This document shows, one piece after another, positions 5,500-5,916 of a DNA stretch of 5,916 bases. The notes beneath the pieces were generated by a model. It was given only the letters and a program-made list of their open reading frames with translations. It was not told where the DNA came from and did not search any database. A program made the translations under genes and the position numbers. This DNA is from a virus (taxonomy: Duplodnaviria > Heunggongvirae > Uroviricota > Caudoviricetes): IMG/VR virus record IMGVR_UViG_2703718798_000018. One strand, given 5' to 3'. How positions within the stretch are numbered: position 1 is the stretch's first letter; the number at the start of each line of letters is the position of its first letter.

Positions 5500-5916
5500 A
5501 TGAAGAACGTTAAGGGACTTTCAGATATTCAGGATTTTTTTAACTGGATGTGGGCAGTGGATCCCCGGCTGGCTTCCCGCCTGAACGACTGGCACGACTA
5601 TTACCGCCGCGCCTGTAAACGGGCCGCCAGACGCGTCACCACATACGGGGATTTCTCCTTCACCGTTGACGACCGTTACCGCGTGGACGTGAAAGGTGAT
5701 GGTGATGGTTTTGGTTTATTTCACATCAACGGAACCGACAGCACCGCCATCAGCTGGTCGTCGTCAGAGATGACGCTTGTTCTGGAAATGACAACGCACA
5801 GCGTGGCCATGAAAGGCATATACACCGCAGAAGACTTTATCGGTGAATACCAGCGCCTTCTCGTGCTGTACCGCGCGGCGTTTCAGGCGGCAACTGCCGG
5901 GGAGTGCGACGCATGA
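5500..5916 (+). CDS. Hypothetical protein (138 aa); complete, stop at 5914-5916
   Basis: ATG with GGAGG 7 nt upstream; no motif recognised. Confidence 0.6.
   Translation: MKNVKGLSDIQDFFNWMWAVDPRLASRLNDWHDYYRRACKRAARRVTTYGDFSFTVDDRYRVDVKGDGDGFGLFHINGTDSTAISWSSSEMTLVLEMTTHSVAMKGIYTAEDFIGEYQRLLVLYRAAFQAATAGECDA

Larger units (their letters stand above)
456..5916. mobile_element. P2-family prophage, left arm (attL side: int, C, cox, early operon); continues beyond the right edge of the window
   Basis: Gene order int(-), C(-), divergent cox(+) and early operon(+) is the P2 arrangement, with Int, C and Cox similarity recalled from memory. The left boundary is NOT resolved: attL lies somewhere between about 283 and 541, and 456 is a placeholder. 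Confidence 0.75.

Noticed and set aside
4884-5513. 209-aa plus-strand ORF (GTG start) spanning the GC-rich island and overlapping the 75-aa gene
   Set aside because: Its translation is S/T/P/G-rich and looks like a reading-frame artefact of GC-rich hairpin DNA. It has no RBS, and it fully overlaps a better-supported ORF (5204-5431) in another frame. Kept only as the alternative that would refute the ncRNA idea.
1-5916. CRISPR array or other tandem repeat array
   Set aside because: No regularly spaced repeats of 20 bp or more were seen; the only repeats are the short operator-like and terminator-like motifs reported above.

Overview
This window is the left (integrase-proximal) arm of a P2-family temperate prophage, inserted next to the chromosomal chpS antitoxin gene. 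All homology calls are from memory of the proteins; no search or alignment was run. From left to right: chpS on the minus strand (1-252), with its toxin partner chpB expected just left of the window; a ~290-bp junction region with hairpins that should contain attL; a P2-type tyrosine integrase (542-1537, minus); a P2 C-type immunity repressor (1604-1903, minus); and a compact divergent switch region with a near-consensus rightward promoter and a 9-bp direct repeat. The rightward early operon then begins with a Cox-like gene carrying an unusual N-terminal extension, followed by a tightly packed, partly stop/start-overlapping run of small ORFs of unknown function (2467-4883), including a 41-aa hydrophobic peptide absent from the ORF track. 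The most unusual stretch is a ~320-bp GC-rich apparently non-coding island (4884-5203): an intrinsic terminator, then a 16-bp helix with two G-U wobbles enclosing a UUCG-capped hairpin, then a palindrome ahead of a separate two-gene unit (75-aa and 138-aa proteins). I rank that structured element as the best candidate for something undescribed, but it is a prediction from sequence only. No rRNA, tRNA, CRISPR array or IS element was recognised.
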